This document shows positions 26,452 to 40,453 of a stretch of DNA of 64,000 bases, piece after piece. The notes under the pieces are model-generated. The model saw nothing but the letters and a program-made list of their open reading frames with translations. It was not told the origin of the DNA and searched no databases. How positions within the stretch are numbered: position 1 is the stretch's first letter; each line of letters opens with the position of its first letter. The DNA lies in NCBI GenBank assembly GCA_951406725.2, contig OX597834.1, positions 27,590,001 through 27,654,000 on the forward strand, given 5' to 3'. Both the position numbers and the translations under genes were made by a program. The DNA is from Octopus vulgaris (taxonomy: Eukaryota).

Positions 26452-26514
<63 letters not shown>

Positions 26515-26524
26515 CATACATACA

Positions 26525-26560
<36 letters not shown>

Positions 26561-27662
26561 TATATGTATATGTATGTATATATATTTATATATATTTATG
26601 TAATATGTACGTATGTGTGTTAGGGTGTGTGTGGGCGTGCGTCTTTTCTTTGTTTGGTCGCCATCACTGCTTGACAACCGATGTTGGTTGGGTCACACGC
26701 ATGTAAATCAGTGATTCGGCAAAATCTGATATAATATGCATCAAATTTAACAAAGTAATTACTGGGGTCGATTTGTTCGACTAAACCCGTCAAAGCAGTG
26801 CTCAAGCATGGCCGCCATCCAATGACTCAAATAACTAAAAATAAATGAACTAAATGAACCACATGAGCTACCACCAAGAGAATTCGAAATAGAGTCGCAG
26901 ACACATGGATACATGTTCGGTGTAGTTTCAGCTTCAACTACGGTATGCTGGCTCAACACATGAGACAATGTGAAGTTTTTGCTTATGGTTTTATCGCTTT
27001 ACTTTTTCCCTAAACTTTTGACAAACATATCTTCAAAAATTTGGTATTGTCAAAGTGATCAGTTTTATCTTAATAACTTAATATCATTTCTGTAGAAAAT
27101 TTTAAAAATTAATACATATAAATATATAACTAAATATGTATAAGATATTAGTCTAAAAAAAAGGCAAGTTTAAAGGAATTACATGAAAAGGCAAAATAGA
27201 AGGAGAAGGGAAGAATTAGAAAAATACCCAAAATAAAACACAATAAAATTAAAACATTCTCAAAGAACAGAGAGAAAAACAAAAATAAGAATGACAACCA
27301 CAGCAAGAACAACAACAAGCCAAAGTTGAGAATTGCTAAAGTTGTGAAGTTTTCCATTGTTTCTTTCAATTAGAAGATCTGTCTCTTTTCTTTGACAAAT
27401 CCATCTTTTAGAGATATTTTGGAAGGAGACTTAATTAAATCTCACCAAGGCATCTAATAGAATTAGTGTTTGTTATCAAATAGCAATAATAATAATACAA
27501 ACGGGGGGAAAAAATGATGCATGCATACATGCACACATGCAAGCACACATATCAATATATTGTGCATCAGTATATGCTCTGTACATACATGCATGCATGC
27601 AAACTCACATACATATAAACAGCTATATGCGTGCGTATGTATATATCTATATGTGTATATAT

Positions 27663-27701
<39 letters not shown>

Positions 27702-27725
27702 TATAGATATATGTATAGATATATG

Positions 27726-27758
<33 letters not shown>

Positions 27759-27763
27759 GCATA

Positions 27764-27803
<40 letters not shown>

Positions 27804-27828
27804 CACACACATATATATATATATATGC

Positions 27829-27914
<86 letters not shown>

Positions 27915-27915
<1 letters not shown>

Positions 27916-28160
27916 GGAAGCGTGTGGCTTAGTGGTTAGGGTGTCAGCATCATGATCGTAAGATTGTGGTTTCGGTTCCTGGACCGGGCGACGCGTTGTA
28001 TTCTTGAACAAAACACTTCATTTCACGTTGCTCCAGTCCACTCAGCCAGCAAAAATGAGTAACGCTGCAATGGACTGGTGTCCCATCCATCTGGGAAACA
28101 ACACACGCCATAGAAACCGGGAAACTGGGCCCATGAGCCTGGCTAGGCTTTAAACAAAGG
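27915..28160 (+). mobile_element. tRNA-derived SINE related to family A (different body)
   Basis: GGAAGCGTGTGGCTTAGTGGTTAGG..GGTTTCGGTTCC..TTCTTGAACAAAACACTT; related copy at ~38240-38494 (-). Confidence 0.75.
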
Positions 28161-28194
28161 GCGTATTTATTTATATTTTTATTATATATGCAAC

Positions 28195-28226
<32 letters not shown>

Positions 28227-28301
28227 ATGTATACATTATTTATATAAAATAATTATTTATGTAAAAAAAGAGATCCAAAAAGTGAGAGTATTCAATAGAA
28301 T

Positions 28302-28725
28302 AGGCGCAGGAGTGGTTGTGTGGTAAGTAGCTTGCTAACCAACCACATGGTTCCGGGTTCAGTCCCACTGCGCGGCATCTTGGGTAAGTGTCTTCTGCTA
28401 TAGCCTCGGGCCGACCAATGCCTTGTGAGTGGATTTGATAGACGGAAACTGAAAGAAGCCTGTCGTATATATGTATATATATGTATGTATGTGTGTGTGT
28501 GTGTGTGTCTGTGTGTCTGTGTTTGTCCCCCTAGCATTGCTTGACAACCGATGCTGGTGTGTTTACGTCCCCGTTACTTAGCGGTTCGGCAAAAGAGACC
28601 GATAGAATAAGTACTTGGCTTCCAAAGAATAAGTCCCGGGGTCGAGTTGCTTGACTAAAGGCGGTGCTCCAGCATGGCCGCAGTCAAATGACTGAAACAA
28701 GTAAGAGAGTAAAAGAGTAAAAGAG
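28302..28725 (+). mobile_element. SINE family C, full length
   Basis: Head, core, internal (TA)/(TG), GTAAAAGA tail. Confidence 0.88.
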
Positions 28726-28960
28726 ATGTTGGAATGCATTTTAGGGGTAATTGAGTGCGTTATCAGGAAGAGGGGCGGGAAGGTAAACTCTAATGGTGTA
28801 AAATAAACGCAAAATATTGTTGTTGTGTGGACGACCCCTGACGATGAAGTAGGCTAGCCTAAAACGTAGATATACAGGGAGAAGCCTAGAAGTCAGAAGA
28901 CTTCAGAACAGTAGAGGAGCGGTGAGAGTAGTTGAGAACAGAGTAGAACAGGGTATTAGT

Positions 28961-29345
28961 GGAGGCGCAATGGCCCAGTGGTTAGGGCAGCGGACTCGCG
29001 GTCATAGGATCGCGGTATCGATTCCCAGACCGGGCGTTGTGAGTGTTTATTGAGCGAAAACACCTAAGCTCCACGAGGCTCCGGCAGGGGATGGTGGTGA
29101 TCCCTGCTGTACTCTTTCACCACAACTTTCTCTCACTCTTACTTCCTGTTTCTGTTGTACCTGTATTTCAAAGGGCCGGCCTTGTCACTCTCTGTGTCAC
29201 GCTGAATATCCCCGAGAACTACGTTAAGGGTACACGTGTCTGTGGAGTGCTCAGCCACTTACACGTTAATTTGACGAGCAGGCTGTTCCGTTGATTCGGA
29301 TCAACCGGAACCCTCGTCGTCGTAACCGACGGAGTGCTTCCATCC
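28961..29345 (+). mobile_element. SINE family A (tail type 1)
   Basis: 15-bp TSD AGAACAG(G/A)GTATTAG at 28945-28959 and 29346-29360. Confidence 0.9.
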
Positions 29346-29399
29346 AGAACAGAGTATTAGAGGCATCCGAACGTGCGACATAACAATTGTTTAATCTCG

Positions 29400-30520
29400 A
29401 AGGACGCGTGTACCAAGGAGTAGTACAAGACGATAGAATAACGGAAGGTGAAATCAAAGAGAAAGAAATTAAAGAGTACAAGAGGAGAATTAGGAACGTG
29501 CTTGAAACAAAATTGAATGGAGCGATCATTGAAGTCATAAATACATAGGTTATGCCAGTACTGAGACAATCTGCTCCCTTCCTGAAAAGAGAAATCTTGA
29601 GCTACAGAAATTGTATAGGAGGACTAGAAAGGTTCTCTCAATGTACAGCGCACTCGATCATAATTTTAATACTTATTTCTTTATTACCCACAAGGGGCTA
29701 AACACAGAGGGGACAAACAAGGACAGACATAGGTATTAAGTCGATTACATCGACCCCAGTGCGTAACTGGTAGTTAGTTTATCGACCCCGAAAGGATGAA
29801 AGGCAAAGTCGACCTCGGCGGAATTTGAACTCAGAACGTAGCGGCAGACGAAATACCGGTAAGCATTTCGCCCGGCGTGCTAACGTTTCTGACAGACTCT
29901 ACCAACCAAGAAAGGGAGTTGGCAGAGGAAAACTAAGCGCAGAAGACTGTGATATTGGGTCTATGCAGAGTATAGAAAGAGTAATTTTCTCATCTAGAGA
30001 TCCCCAAAAGGTAACTGAAACAGTAGAAGAATTCAAAGAGGAAAGAACAACAAGACAAAGAAAATGGAAGAAATGGAATTACTTGGCAAGTTCTTGTAAC
30101 AAACCGAGAATGCTGGAAGTAAAGAGCGCTGGCTTTGGTTGACAGGCGAAAATTTGAAATGGGAAACCGGAAGGCTAATTGAAGCTGCTCAGGAACAAGC
30201 CACTAGAACAAATTTGATAAGTGCAAAGCTCGAAAAAACTCTGTCAGACAGTAAATATAGAATCTGCAGGAAAGGAAACGAAACCACCATTTGACTGAGT
30301 GCGGTAAAGTAGCGCAAAAAGAGTATAAATGCAAGCATGACTGTGTAGGCAAAGGAGTGCATTGGGATGTTAGCTGAGTGTGCAGCTTCAAAATAACAGA
30401 AAAGTGGTGTGAACGTGAACCCGAGGCTGAGACAGAAGATGAGATTTACAGAATCTTATGGAATTCCCCATAAAGACTGACCATACTGTTGAAGCAAGAA
30501 GACAAGATATAATTTTAAAG
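29400..30520 (+). pseudogene. Old R4/Dong-like (RLE) non-LTR retrotransposon fossil, interrupted by SINE B (29670-29890)
   Basis: Degenerate motifs in order: KEYKRRIRNVLETKLNG, DRLYQPRKGVGRG, IEAAQEQA, ECGKVAQKEYKCKHD..VHW, KTDHTVEARRQDII; stops and frameshifts. Confidence 0.85.
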
Positions 30521-30629
30521 GACCTCACCTGCATAAATAAATAGAATTTATTTAATCAGTCGGAAATATTTGAATAATTTTTCTTAAATACTCTAATATG
30601 CTAAGTAGACAAAGTCCGTGCTGTTTTCA

Positions 30630-30806
30630 CTGATAGATCGCTAGCCACTACACATTCTTTATTTTCTCTCCTTGTTTCATTCTGTGGAAGTGCTTAAGCT
30701 CGAAACGTTAAAGACTTTTTCACTTCCCGAGCGTTAAACTAATACATCTGTTTGTTGTCTACACCACCTGTCTTTGTCTTTTGTTTTCTTGTGAATTCTC
30801 CCAATA
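30630..30806 (+). mobile_element. Penelope-like family D copy with hammerhead-like motif (30680-30713)
   Basis: CTGTGGA-AGTGC-ttaa-GCTC-GAAAC-GTT; homology to other D copies; ends in (TA)n. Confidence 0.6.
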
Positions 30807-30817
30807 TATATATATAC

Positions 30818-30853
<36 letters not shown>

Positions 30854-30937
30854 TTGAGAGACAGACAGAGAGAGTTAGATAAATGGATTGATAAATAAAT
30901 AGATAGATAGATAGATAGTTAGATAGATAGATTGATT

Positions 30938-31004
<67 letters not shown>

Positions 31005-31427
31005 TGATAGATAGATAGATATCTTATACAGCCACCCACACACCCTGTTGACATCATTTACGCCGTTCCCTTAAAGCACCAACATTACCACCTCAACTAC
31101 TACCGCTACTACTACCAACAATGCCATTACTCCAGCCTCCAGCTTGACCACCACCACCACTACCATCATAACTCTCCCTTCTACCACCAACGATCTCTTT
31201 AATCTTCATCGAGCAGCTTATTTCATGCTTCTCTTACCCTTCGCCCCTCTTCCTTTCTTCTTCTTCTTCTTCTTCTTCTTCTTCTTCTTCTTCTTCTTCT
31301 TCTTTTTCTTCTTCTTCTTTTTCTTATTCTTCTTTTTCTTCTTCTTCTTCTTTTTCTTATTCTTCTTTTTCTTCTTTTTCTTCTTCTTTTTCTTCTTCTT
31401 CTTCTTCTTCTTCTTCTTTTTCTTTTT

Positions 31428-31495
<68 letters not shown>

Positions 31496-31503
31496 CCTCT
31501 TCC

Positions 31504-31534
<31 letters not shown>

Positions 31535-32442
31535 CTTCTTCTTCTTCTGCTGCTGCTGCTGCTGCTGCAGATTTCAACCTACGACTACCACCACATATTC
31601 TAACCCCGCTCCCTTAGTCACTCCAGAAAGTCATAAACCCCCAAACCCTTCCTTACCTTCCACTAACCTTAACTCTTTCTACCTCTCATTTCGAACACAC
31701 CACTCACCCCCCCCCCATGTCTCTGTCCTGTTGAAATTCTTCTTTCATTTTCCTGTCTCCGTTTCTCGAACCTCTTTAAAACATTAGTCCCAGCATTAGC
31801 CCCTAAACCAACCCCAACCCTAACCACAATAGGGTTGGGGGTTGGCTAGGTATCCGCTCCTCTCCTCCTATAACACATCCTTACCATCTCTTTTAATGTG
31901 TCCTGTAACACATTGTCACCACCATCACCGCCGACATCATCACCAACACCACCACCGCCGCTACATCTACCGCCGTCACTCTCACCACCAGAAGCACCAA
32001 CACAATAATCACAACTGTCACCACCATCCCACCACCACTACCACCACCATCACTACCACCATCACCACTTCGAGCACCGTCACCACCATCATCACTACAA
32101 CCATCATCACTACAACCATCATCACCACCATCACCACCACCACCACCACCACCACCACATTATTACTATCAAGTACATGAGTACATGACCATCACCACCT
32201 GTATCCCCTCCATCAGCATCACTACGCCATCACCAAGATGACCACCACCATACTTCTACCATCACCACTTCCGCCACTGTCATCAACGTGACCACCACCT
32301 ATAGCATGAACACTACTACCGCCACCCACCCCATTACCATTGTAACCCACTCTCACCGCCACCACCGACAATATCACCATGACCATCACTCTCACTACCG
32401 TAACATCATCATGTAACTGTCATGAGACTGCCACCGATATCC

Positions 32443-32610
32443 AGGCGTGGCTGTGTGGAAACGGGCTTGCTTTCGCGCCAAGTGGTTCTGGGTTCGGTCC
32501 CACTCCGTGGCATCTTGGGCGAGTGTCTTCTACTATCGTGCCCGGACATCCAAAGCCTTGTGAGTGAATATGGTAGACGGAAGTTAAAATAAGCCCTTCA
32601 TATACGTATA
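32443..32610 (+). mobile_element. SINE family C, diverged 5' half
   Basis: GGCGTGGCTGTGTGG..GGTTCGGTCCCACT..CATCTTGGGCGAGTGTCTT. Confidence 0.75.
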
Positions 32611-32830
32611 TGTATACGTATATGTATATGTATATGTATCTCTCATGATAAAAGGCAGATTTTCTCTGCCTCCGACATAATTTGTTTTTAATACAATTGT
32701 ACAATATAGAATTTCTTCAATTGGAATTTACCTATGATTTTTCGAAGTAGATTCGATTGGGTCATGGCATATAAAGTTTTTTTCAATTTGACCCCCAATT
32801 AAGCAAAAATTCGAGAAAACTAAATATTTT

Positions 32831-33061
32831 ACGATTTGCCTCTCTAATTTCAACTGCTTCACTCCTTCTATTACCACACTTTCTCCTACTTTCTCTTTGC
32901 AAGTATAACGATTTGCCTCTCTAATTTCAACTGCTTCACTCATGCTATTACCACACTTTCTCCTACTTTCTCTTTGCAAGTGTAACGATTTGCCTCTCTA
33001 ATTTCAACTGCTTCACTCCTTCTATTACCGCACTTTCTCCTACTTTCTCTTTGCAAGTGTA
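32831..33061. repeat. 3 x ~78-bp tandem repeat bracketed by a 40-bp direct repeat (32710-32749, 33135-33174)
   Basis: ACGATTTGCCTCTCTAATTTCAACTGCTTCACTC... repeated three times. Confidence 0.9.
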
Positions 33062-33660
33062 CCTTCAACCACTACTCAAAAAAAATACACAGGAAACAGA
33101 AACAAATAAATACATAGCGATTTACTCCTCACACAATTTCTTCAATTGGAATTTACCTATGATTTTTCGAAGTACATTCCATTCTATATTTTATAAATTA
33201 AAATTGGTTTTTAATTTACTTTCTGTCGCTAAGTTTTGGTAGTATTAATTTGCGAGCGTACTTCAGTTGTCAATTGTTGAAATAAATAAATTGTAAGCTA
33301 AGAAGGTGTGTGTGTGTGTAAGTGCGCGCGTGTGTGTGTGTGTGTGTGTGAGAGTGTGTGTGTGTATGTGTGTGTAGGAAGTGAAGGATAAAAATATGGC
33401 AAGAAAATATGTACATATGTACATATATACATACATCCATACATACATACATGTGTGTGTGTGTGTATGTGTATTAATGTGTGTGTGTTATCTCTCTCTA
33501 TATAAAGCTGAAGTTGTCTGTGTGCGCCAGGTTTGGTAACCTTCAACTAACACTATCTCCTCCGATGTTCACTTGAAGAGAATAACAAGCTATAGATATA
33601 TATATACATATCTACTTTAACATCTAAATATCCACAAATCCCTCTCTTTCTCTCTATTGC

Positions 33661-33697
<37 letters not shown>

Positions 33698-33708
33698 TTA
33701 TCTATTAA

Positions 33709-33798
<90 letters not shown>

Positions 33799-33803
33799 AT
33801 TAA

Positions 33804-33863
<60 letters not shown>

Positions 33864-34064
33864 GACAGACGTGTTGTCACCTCGGCTCCGAAGGTAATCT
33901 TTTATTTTGACTACTTATAGCCCATATTTTGTGTACATTTTTGTAAATAAGGTGTGTAAGGCACCCAACTTTCGTTTGAGTGCTTTTCCAAGGAAGGAAT
34001 TCGCCCCTAGGGGCAGCTTCAACCCTATTTAATTTGTATATATTTTCTTCTCGAGATTAAAAAA

Positions 34065-35087
34065 ATGTCGAGAAATGTTATTGTAGAACACTGGTTGCGT
34101 TCCTTTATGGACCAGCATTTTCCTAGACTTGAAACGCTAGGAGAAAAAAAGAACTTATGCACGCACACACATTCGACAAAGACAAACCTGAGTGACGTGG
34201 TAGTGAACGCTGCAACCACTTGCGGTAACAGCCCTGTCACCACTACCACCACTAACAACAACAACAACGAGACTACTACTGCTACCACCACCACCACCAC
34301 CACCACGACCAACATAAATGATAAAAATGAAACTCACGCGAATACTATTAACAAAAACAACAACAACAACAAGAACAACAACAAAAATGAAATAAATATT
34401 TTACCATCTAATAGTGAAGATGTTAATACAACAGAGTCAACAGCACATGTAAAAGCCACGTACAAGAATATTTCGGATACAACAACAACAAAAACACACA
34501 ACGACAACATAACAGTAAATTTCGCTGACGCCCTGCGTCAGAAAAAAGAAATAATAAAATTTACGAATGAAGAGTTAATAGAAATGAGAGCACTCTTTAC
34601 AACCCAAGGGCAGGATTTAGTGCTGCATACACCTCAACACATAAAGGAACAAATAGAAAATAAGACAATTATATATAATATTATAAAAAAAAACAAAAAA
34701 CAAAATGAACAGATTACAAAAACGGACATAGAAAAGTGTTTAAAAAACATAATGAAAAAAAAAGAATATATAAACTGGGGTCCCCAGTTTAATACAGTGC
34801 TGGTCCGCTTCCCTAAGCAGGAAGTGGCAAAAGCTCACTCTACGGAGTCTTTGCAAAATGATGAAATCATCATGGTCCCATATTTCAAAGGCCAGGGAGT
34901 GAGTAGAATTAGCATTAAAAATGTACACCCCGAGATACCTAACAAATGGATAACAGGAGCGATCTGTTGCCATTTGAAAACGATAAACATATTAGAAACC
35001 GCCGTGTACAAAGACGATAATTGGGGTGGTAAAACAATAGTAGTGACCATCCAGATTGAGAGGTCCTCTATCGAGAACCTTCCGTAG
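34065..35087 (+). CDS. LINE ORF1 (gag-like) protein, C-terminally truncated
   Basis: 340-aa open frame, largely non-repetitive with a T/N-rich linker; upstream of an ORF2 remnant; RISIKNVHPEIP resembles the RRM-type segment of L1/Tx1 ORF1. Confidence 0.6.
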   Translation: MSRNVIVEHWLRSFMDQHFPRLETLGEKKNLCTHTHSTKTNLSDVVVNAATTCGNSPVTTTTTNNNNNETTTATTTTTTTTTNINDKNETHANTINKNNNNNKNNNKNEINILPSNSEDVNTTESTAHVKATYKNISDTTTTKTHNDNITVNFADALRQKKEIIKFTNEELIEMRALFTTQGQDLVLHTPQHIKEQIENKTIIYNIIKKNKKQNEQITKTDIEKCLKNIMKKKEYINWGPQFNTVLVRFPKQEVAKAHSTESLQNDEIIMVPYFKGQGVSRISIKNVHPEIPNKWITGAICCHLKTINILETAVYKDDNWGGKTIVVTIQIERSSIENLP

Positions 35088-36087
35088 TAGCGGCTCCATC
35101 ACCAAACTGGAATGCATACTCTTCTGCTTCCTGTGGAAGGGTGGCGTTCCGATGGTGAGGAGGTCCATTTGCTGTCAACATCCGTTGAATGGAGGACTGG
35201 GCATGACGTGGTTGATGATGCGCAGGCATGCGCTGAGACTGCGGCATCTCTGGAACTTCATCGACGACGGTGAACAGGTGTGGGCGCCGTTTGTGAGGCG
35301 CGCCTTCCCGCAGCTCGTCTCACTGACCGAACTGCAAACGTGGATCAAGAAGAGATCGAAACTGGGCGATTGGCACCGAGAGTGTCGCCAAGTTCTACAG
35401 CAGCTCTGCCGACCGGGGTCAAACTTGTGCAACTTACAAACGACTAAAGCGTTCTATAGAGGACTAGTGGAGGGGAGGTCCGACGACACACTCGGGGCAA
35501 ACCTGGGCGTCGACGAGAAATTCCTAACCCGCCTGTTCAGGACGACGTTCGGGCCGGGGTCTATGGATAACTTCCAGAAATCCCTGGCTTGGCAATGCTA
35601 TCGAGACGCACTACCTGTTCGAGAGAAGAGCTACAGGCACGGTTCGAAAACCATGACCGGACCGACCGGACCGAGATGCGGTCAGAGCGACGAAACCGTT
35701 CTGCACGCACTCGTACAGTGTCCAGATATTTCAGAGCTGTGGACCTTCGTCGAACAGCTGTTGTCGCGTGTAGGACGGGCCCACTTATCGGCCGAGTCTA
35801 TCGTGAATATTGTTCCACCACCTTCCTTTAAACGGGAATGGAAAATGGTTTTCGTTACGCTGATGGCTATGGCGAAAGAATGTGTGTGGTGGACGCGTTT
35901 GAAAGGACTGCAAACAAACAACTTCCTCTCTGGTCAGTCTCTCGTCAACTTTTTCAAGTACCACTTGAAAAGGAGGATGAGAATAGAGAGGAAGGCTTTG
36001 TCGAACGAATGTTTTAATAAAAAGTGGGTAAAAGTGGCAAAAATGGTCAGTATGAAAGACGACACTATTTTAAGCATAAATCTGTAA
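35086..36087 (+). pseudogene. Tx1/L1 ORF2 C-terminal part (post-RT, zinc-finger region); endonuclease and RT core missing
   Basis: FCFLWKG...HPLNGGLG and (C>G)PRCGQSDETVLHALVQCP motifs typical of L1/Tx1 ORF2 C-termini. Confidence 0.85.
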
Positions 36088-36400
36088 CCAAAAGAGACAA
36101 CGAGAAGTAAGGCGACTTACTCGTGTGTTCATTTTCGAACTGTCTGAGGTGACCTTGGTCTTTTTTGTAGGTTTTTCTTTCCAAGGCTACACCTAAACTG
36201 TGAACTTTATATATATATATATATTGCTTTTTTATACACCACACAACCCACAGATCCCTGTTGATCAAACGTTTTTTTTTTGTGCCCCACCCATCCCACC
36301 TCGAAAAGAATAAATTCTACATTGTATTTCGTCCATTTTTATTCTGTGTTTAGCCCTGTGTGGCTACAATAAAAAGTTATCTCTCTATCTATCTATCTGC

Positions 36401-36472
<72 letters not shown>

Positions 36473-36506
36473 ATATCTATCTATCTATCTCTATCTATTT
36501 ATCTGC

Positions 36507-36544
<38 letters not shown>

Positions 36545-36586
36545 GCCTATCTATCTCTCTATCTATCTCTCTATCTATCTATCTGC

Positions 36587-36648
<62 letters not shown>

Positions 36649-36686
36649 GTCTACCTACCTATTTATCCATCCACCTACCTACCTAC

Positions 36687-36763
<77 letters not shown>

Positions 36764-37232
36764 CACCTGTATACCTATATACCCCTCTGTCTCTCATCTT
36801 TCTCTCAGTCTATTTCCTACGCCCTCTACCGATGTACCACTACCACCATCATCACCACCACCACATTTCCGCCATCACTACCGTCACCGCAACCACAATC
36901 TCCACTCCTCCTCATTCTACTCCCCCTTCTCTATAACTCCTCTCCTTCTCTTTCTCCACTTCGTTATCCTCTAATGTTCTGCCCGAGTGGATTAGCCCGC
37001 CTCGACATGAAAAGATTTCCCGCTACTCTCATTACGACACGAACGATTAAACTTCCATTTTGCTGGTTAATTCGTAGGATATGAAGCGGTTTGAGGCCCA
37101 CATTGTATATTGTAGTATAGAGGAGAGGAAGAGGGCGGAGAGGATACGGGACAGAGAGAGAGAGAGAAAGAAAGGGAAGTGCAGAGACAGAGAGAAAGAG
37201 AAACAATCATAGAGAAATACTCGTAGTCAGAT

Positions 37233-37275
<43 letters not shown>

Positions 37276-37381
37276 GTACACACACACACACACATATGCA
37301 TATATGCATATATGCATATATATATATACACACACATAGATACATGCATAAACATATACACACATGTATATGTACGTACAG

Positions 37382-37413
<32 letters not shown>

Positions 37414-37454
37414 CAACATACATACATACATACATACATACATACATACATACA

Positions 37455-37554
<100 letters not shown>

Positions 37555-38043
37555 GACACACATGTGTATATATATATATATATGTTTGTGTTTATGTATT
37601 TACACATGCACACACATATGTGTGCGTCTCGTAAAAGGGGACAGACAGACAGATAGACTGACAGTGAGACAGACTGATGGAAACAGAGTGAGAAAGATAG
37701 AGAGAGACAGCTAAGTGACACATTGTGCATATGACACTACATGTAAGCCTCTCTACGTACACGGCTGCGAATTGTTAAAATATATTTCGAGGGTCGCATA
37801 ATATCACATTGGTAACTTTGTTTTTCAACTTTTCACAGATGGATTGTAACATTGTGGCTGCTTTCAGCTTCGGGCTCACAGCCCAGTACCTTGGACAAGT
37901 ATCTTCTACTATGGTTCCGAGCTGAGCAGTATCCTGTAAATGAATTTAGTAGCCGGTAACTGTGTGGTAGCCCGACATATGTGAATGTATGGGATTGCAC
38001 CTAGAAAGTTACCCTCCCAAGCACAAGTCCGGGCAAGGCTATT

Positions 38044-38236
38044 TGGCAGAAACGTTAGCACGCCGGGCGAAATGCTTAGCAGTATTTTGTCTGTCACTAC
38101 GTTCTGAGTTCAAATTCCGCCGAGGTCGATTAAATAAGTACCAGTTACGCACTGGAGTCGATATAATCGACTTAATCCGTTTTTCTGTCCTTGTTTGACC
38201 CTTCTGTGTTTAGCCCCTTGTGGGTAGTAAAGAAAT
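38044..38236 (+). mobile_element. SINE family B, internally deleted
   Basis: Head and tail present; GTCGA-to-GTCGA core segment deleted. Confidence 0.8.
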
Positions 38237-39997
38237 ATATTTATGGAAGGCAAGCAGTCACCCATACATACCGGCTTCCCCTCTCCACGACACCAGTGTT
38301 ATCCAAGGGAAAGGTAAAGGCCGATACAGCTTGGCACCTGTGACGTCGCAATTCATTTCTACAGCTGAGTGAACTGGACCAACGCGATATAGTGCCTTGC
38401 TCGAGAACACAACACGCAGTCTGGTCCGGGATCCGAATTCACAACCTCACGATCGTAAGCTCGACGCTCTAACCACTGGGTCATGCGCCTTCCCAACACT
38501 GAATAATGACATACATACATATACGCTTGCATACATAAGGAGCACTCCGTCGGTTACGACAACGAGGGTCTCAGCTGATACGATCAACGGAACAGCCTGC
38601 TCGTGAAATTAACGTGCAAGTTATATATATATATATACATAGACACGAAGCGACAAGTCGTGCATTCGGCGTGGGAGACTCGAAAAGACGATGAATACTG
38701 ACTCCAACTTTGGAGCCACAACTGTCAATCTCGTTAAATTCAGTTGAATTATCTGAGGGCGCCTTTTATTCACGGTCGAAGTTATTTTCGACTGAAAATT
38801 GAATTTAGCATGGACAGAGTTACTGCAAACAACATGGCTGGACATATAACATCAACAACAGCACAATGGAAAAAACAGACCAAAAACAACAGCTCAACAG
38901 GTAAACAAATTCTTTGTAGCTGTAATTACAGAAGGAACCATAACTACAAAACTAATTTCTCTCGGATGCATGCATAAAAAAAAATAAAATACATACATAT
39001 ATACATACATAAATACATACACACACATACATACATACATACATACATACATACATACATACATACATACATACATACATACATACATACATACATACAT
39101 ACATACATACATACATACATACATACATACATACATACATACAAATAAAAATACCCTGTCGTTGAAACTGAAATTCCAATGAAGGAACTTTGGATCTAGG
39201 TTAGAAACCGGTACTTTATTGGCAAGAAATCTTGAAATAAACTGAATAAACACATACATACATACGTACATACATACATGCATACGTACATACATACATA
39301 CATACATACATACATACATACATACATACATACATACATACATACACGCATACATATATATATCTTTATATAAAGAGTTCAGCTGCTTTACAGATGTGAA
39401 CATCTTTGCCAAATCCAGTAAAAAGGCGATTATCTATAGAGAATTGCTTCGAAACCTTTGGCTCTATTAGCCTCATTATAAATTTACATTGATAACAATA
39501 GTTATTTGTGAGCTTTGGTACGTTAGTAAATGTTTAAACGACAATCTGGAAAAAGCCAGGATTTTCAAGCAGGAAGACCGTTTTCACATACATTATAGAA
39601 CTGCAATCATCTGTAAGTGCAACAGTGGAAATATGAGAGAAGTTTCTCAAGGTAGACTTGTAACTCTTATCACTGTTATTGTCCAAATTCCAGTGAAAGA
39701 GCTGCTGTTCCTTCGTTTGAAACCAGCTCTTTCATTTTTTGTGAAGAATTGTTAAAAATTAGACAACAGAAATTTCAAAATTACATGTAGATGCAATATA
39801 TGCGTACAAACATACAGACATATGCATATGCAAGCACCACCCCCTCCCACCGCCACACACTCTAAACGAATTTCTTTTTCGGCGAAATTTGAGAATTAAA
39901 ACCAAAACGTATGCATGTACATACCTACATACAAACATATATACATGCATACATACATACATATATGCATACATACATACATACATACATACATACA

Positions 39998-40024
<27 letters not shown>

Positions 40025-40028
<4 letters not shown>

Positions 40029-40335
40029 CTTCATACATGCAAACTTGCATGCATACATGCATACATACACACATATACACATACGTACATATATTCATAT
40101 ATATATACATATATACATATACATATATATATATATATATATATACATATATACATATATATATGAATATATGTACGTATGTGTATATGTTTGTATGTAT
40201 GCATGTATGCATGCAAGTTTGCATGTATGAAGATACATACATACATACATACATATATACATATCTTCATACATGCAAACTTGCATGCATACATGCATAC
40301 ATACACACATATACACATACGTACATATATTCATA
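40025..40335. repeat. Direct-inverted-direct triplication of a ~75-bp low-complexity unit
   Basis: ATCTTCATACATGCAAACTTGCATGC at ~40027 and ~40263; reverse complement at ~40208-40234. Confidence 0.85.
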
Positions 40336-40394
40336 TATATATATATACATATACATATATATATATATATATATACATATATATACGTATATAC

Positions 40395-40453
<59 letters not shown>

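Larger units (their letters stand above)
33864..36378 (+). mobile_element. Tx1/L1-clade LINE, internally deleted, inserted in (TCTA)n
   Basis: 5'UTR + partial ORF1 + C-terminal ORF2 + 3'UTR ending GCCCTGTGTGGCTACAATAAAAAG; (CTAT)n on both sides. Confidence 0.82.

Noticed and set aside
33491-33563. Additional Helitron
   Set aside because: Only a 5'-end-like TCTATATAAAGCTGAAGTTGT motif; no 3' hairpin or CTRR found.
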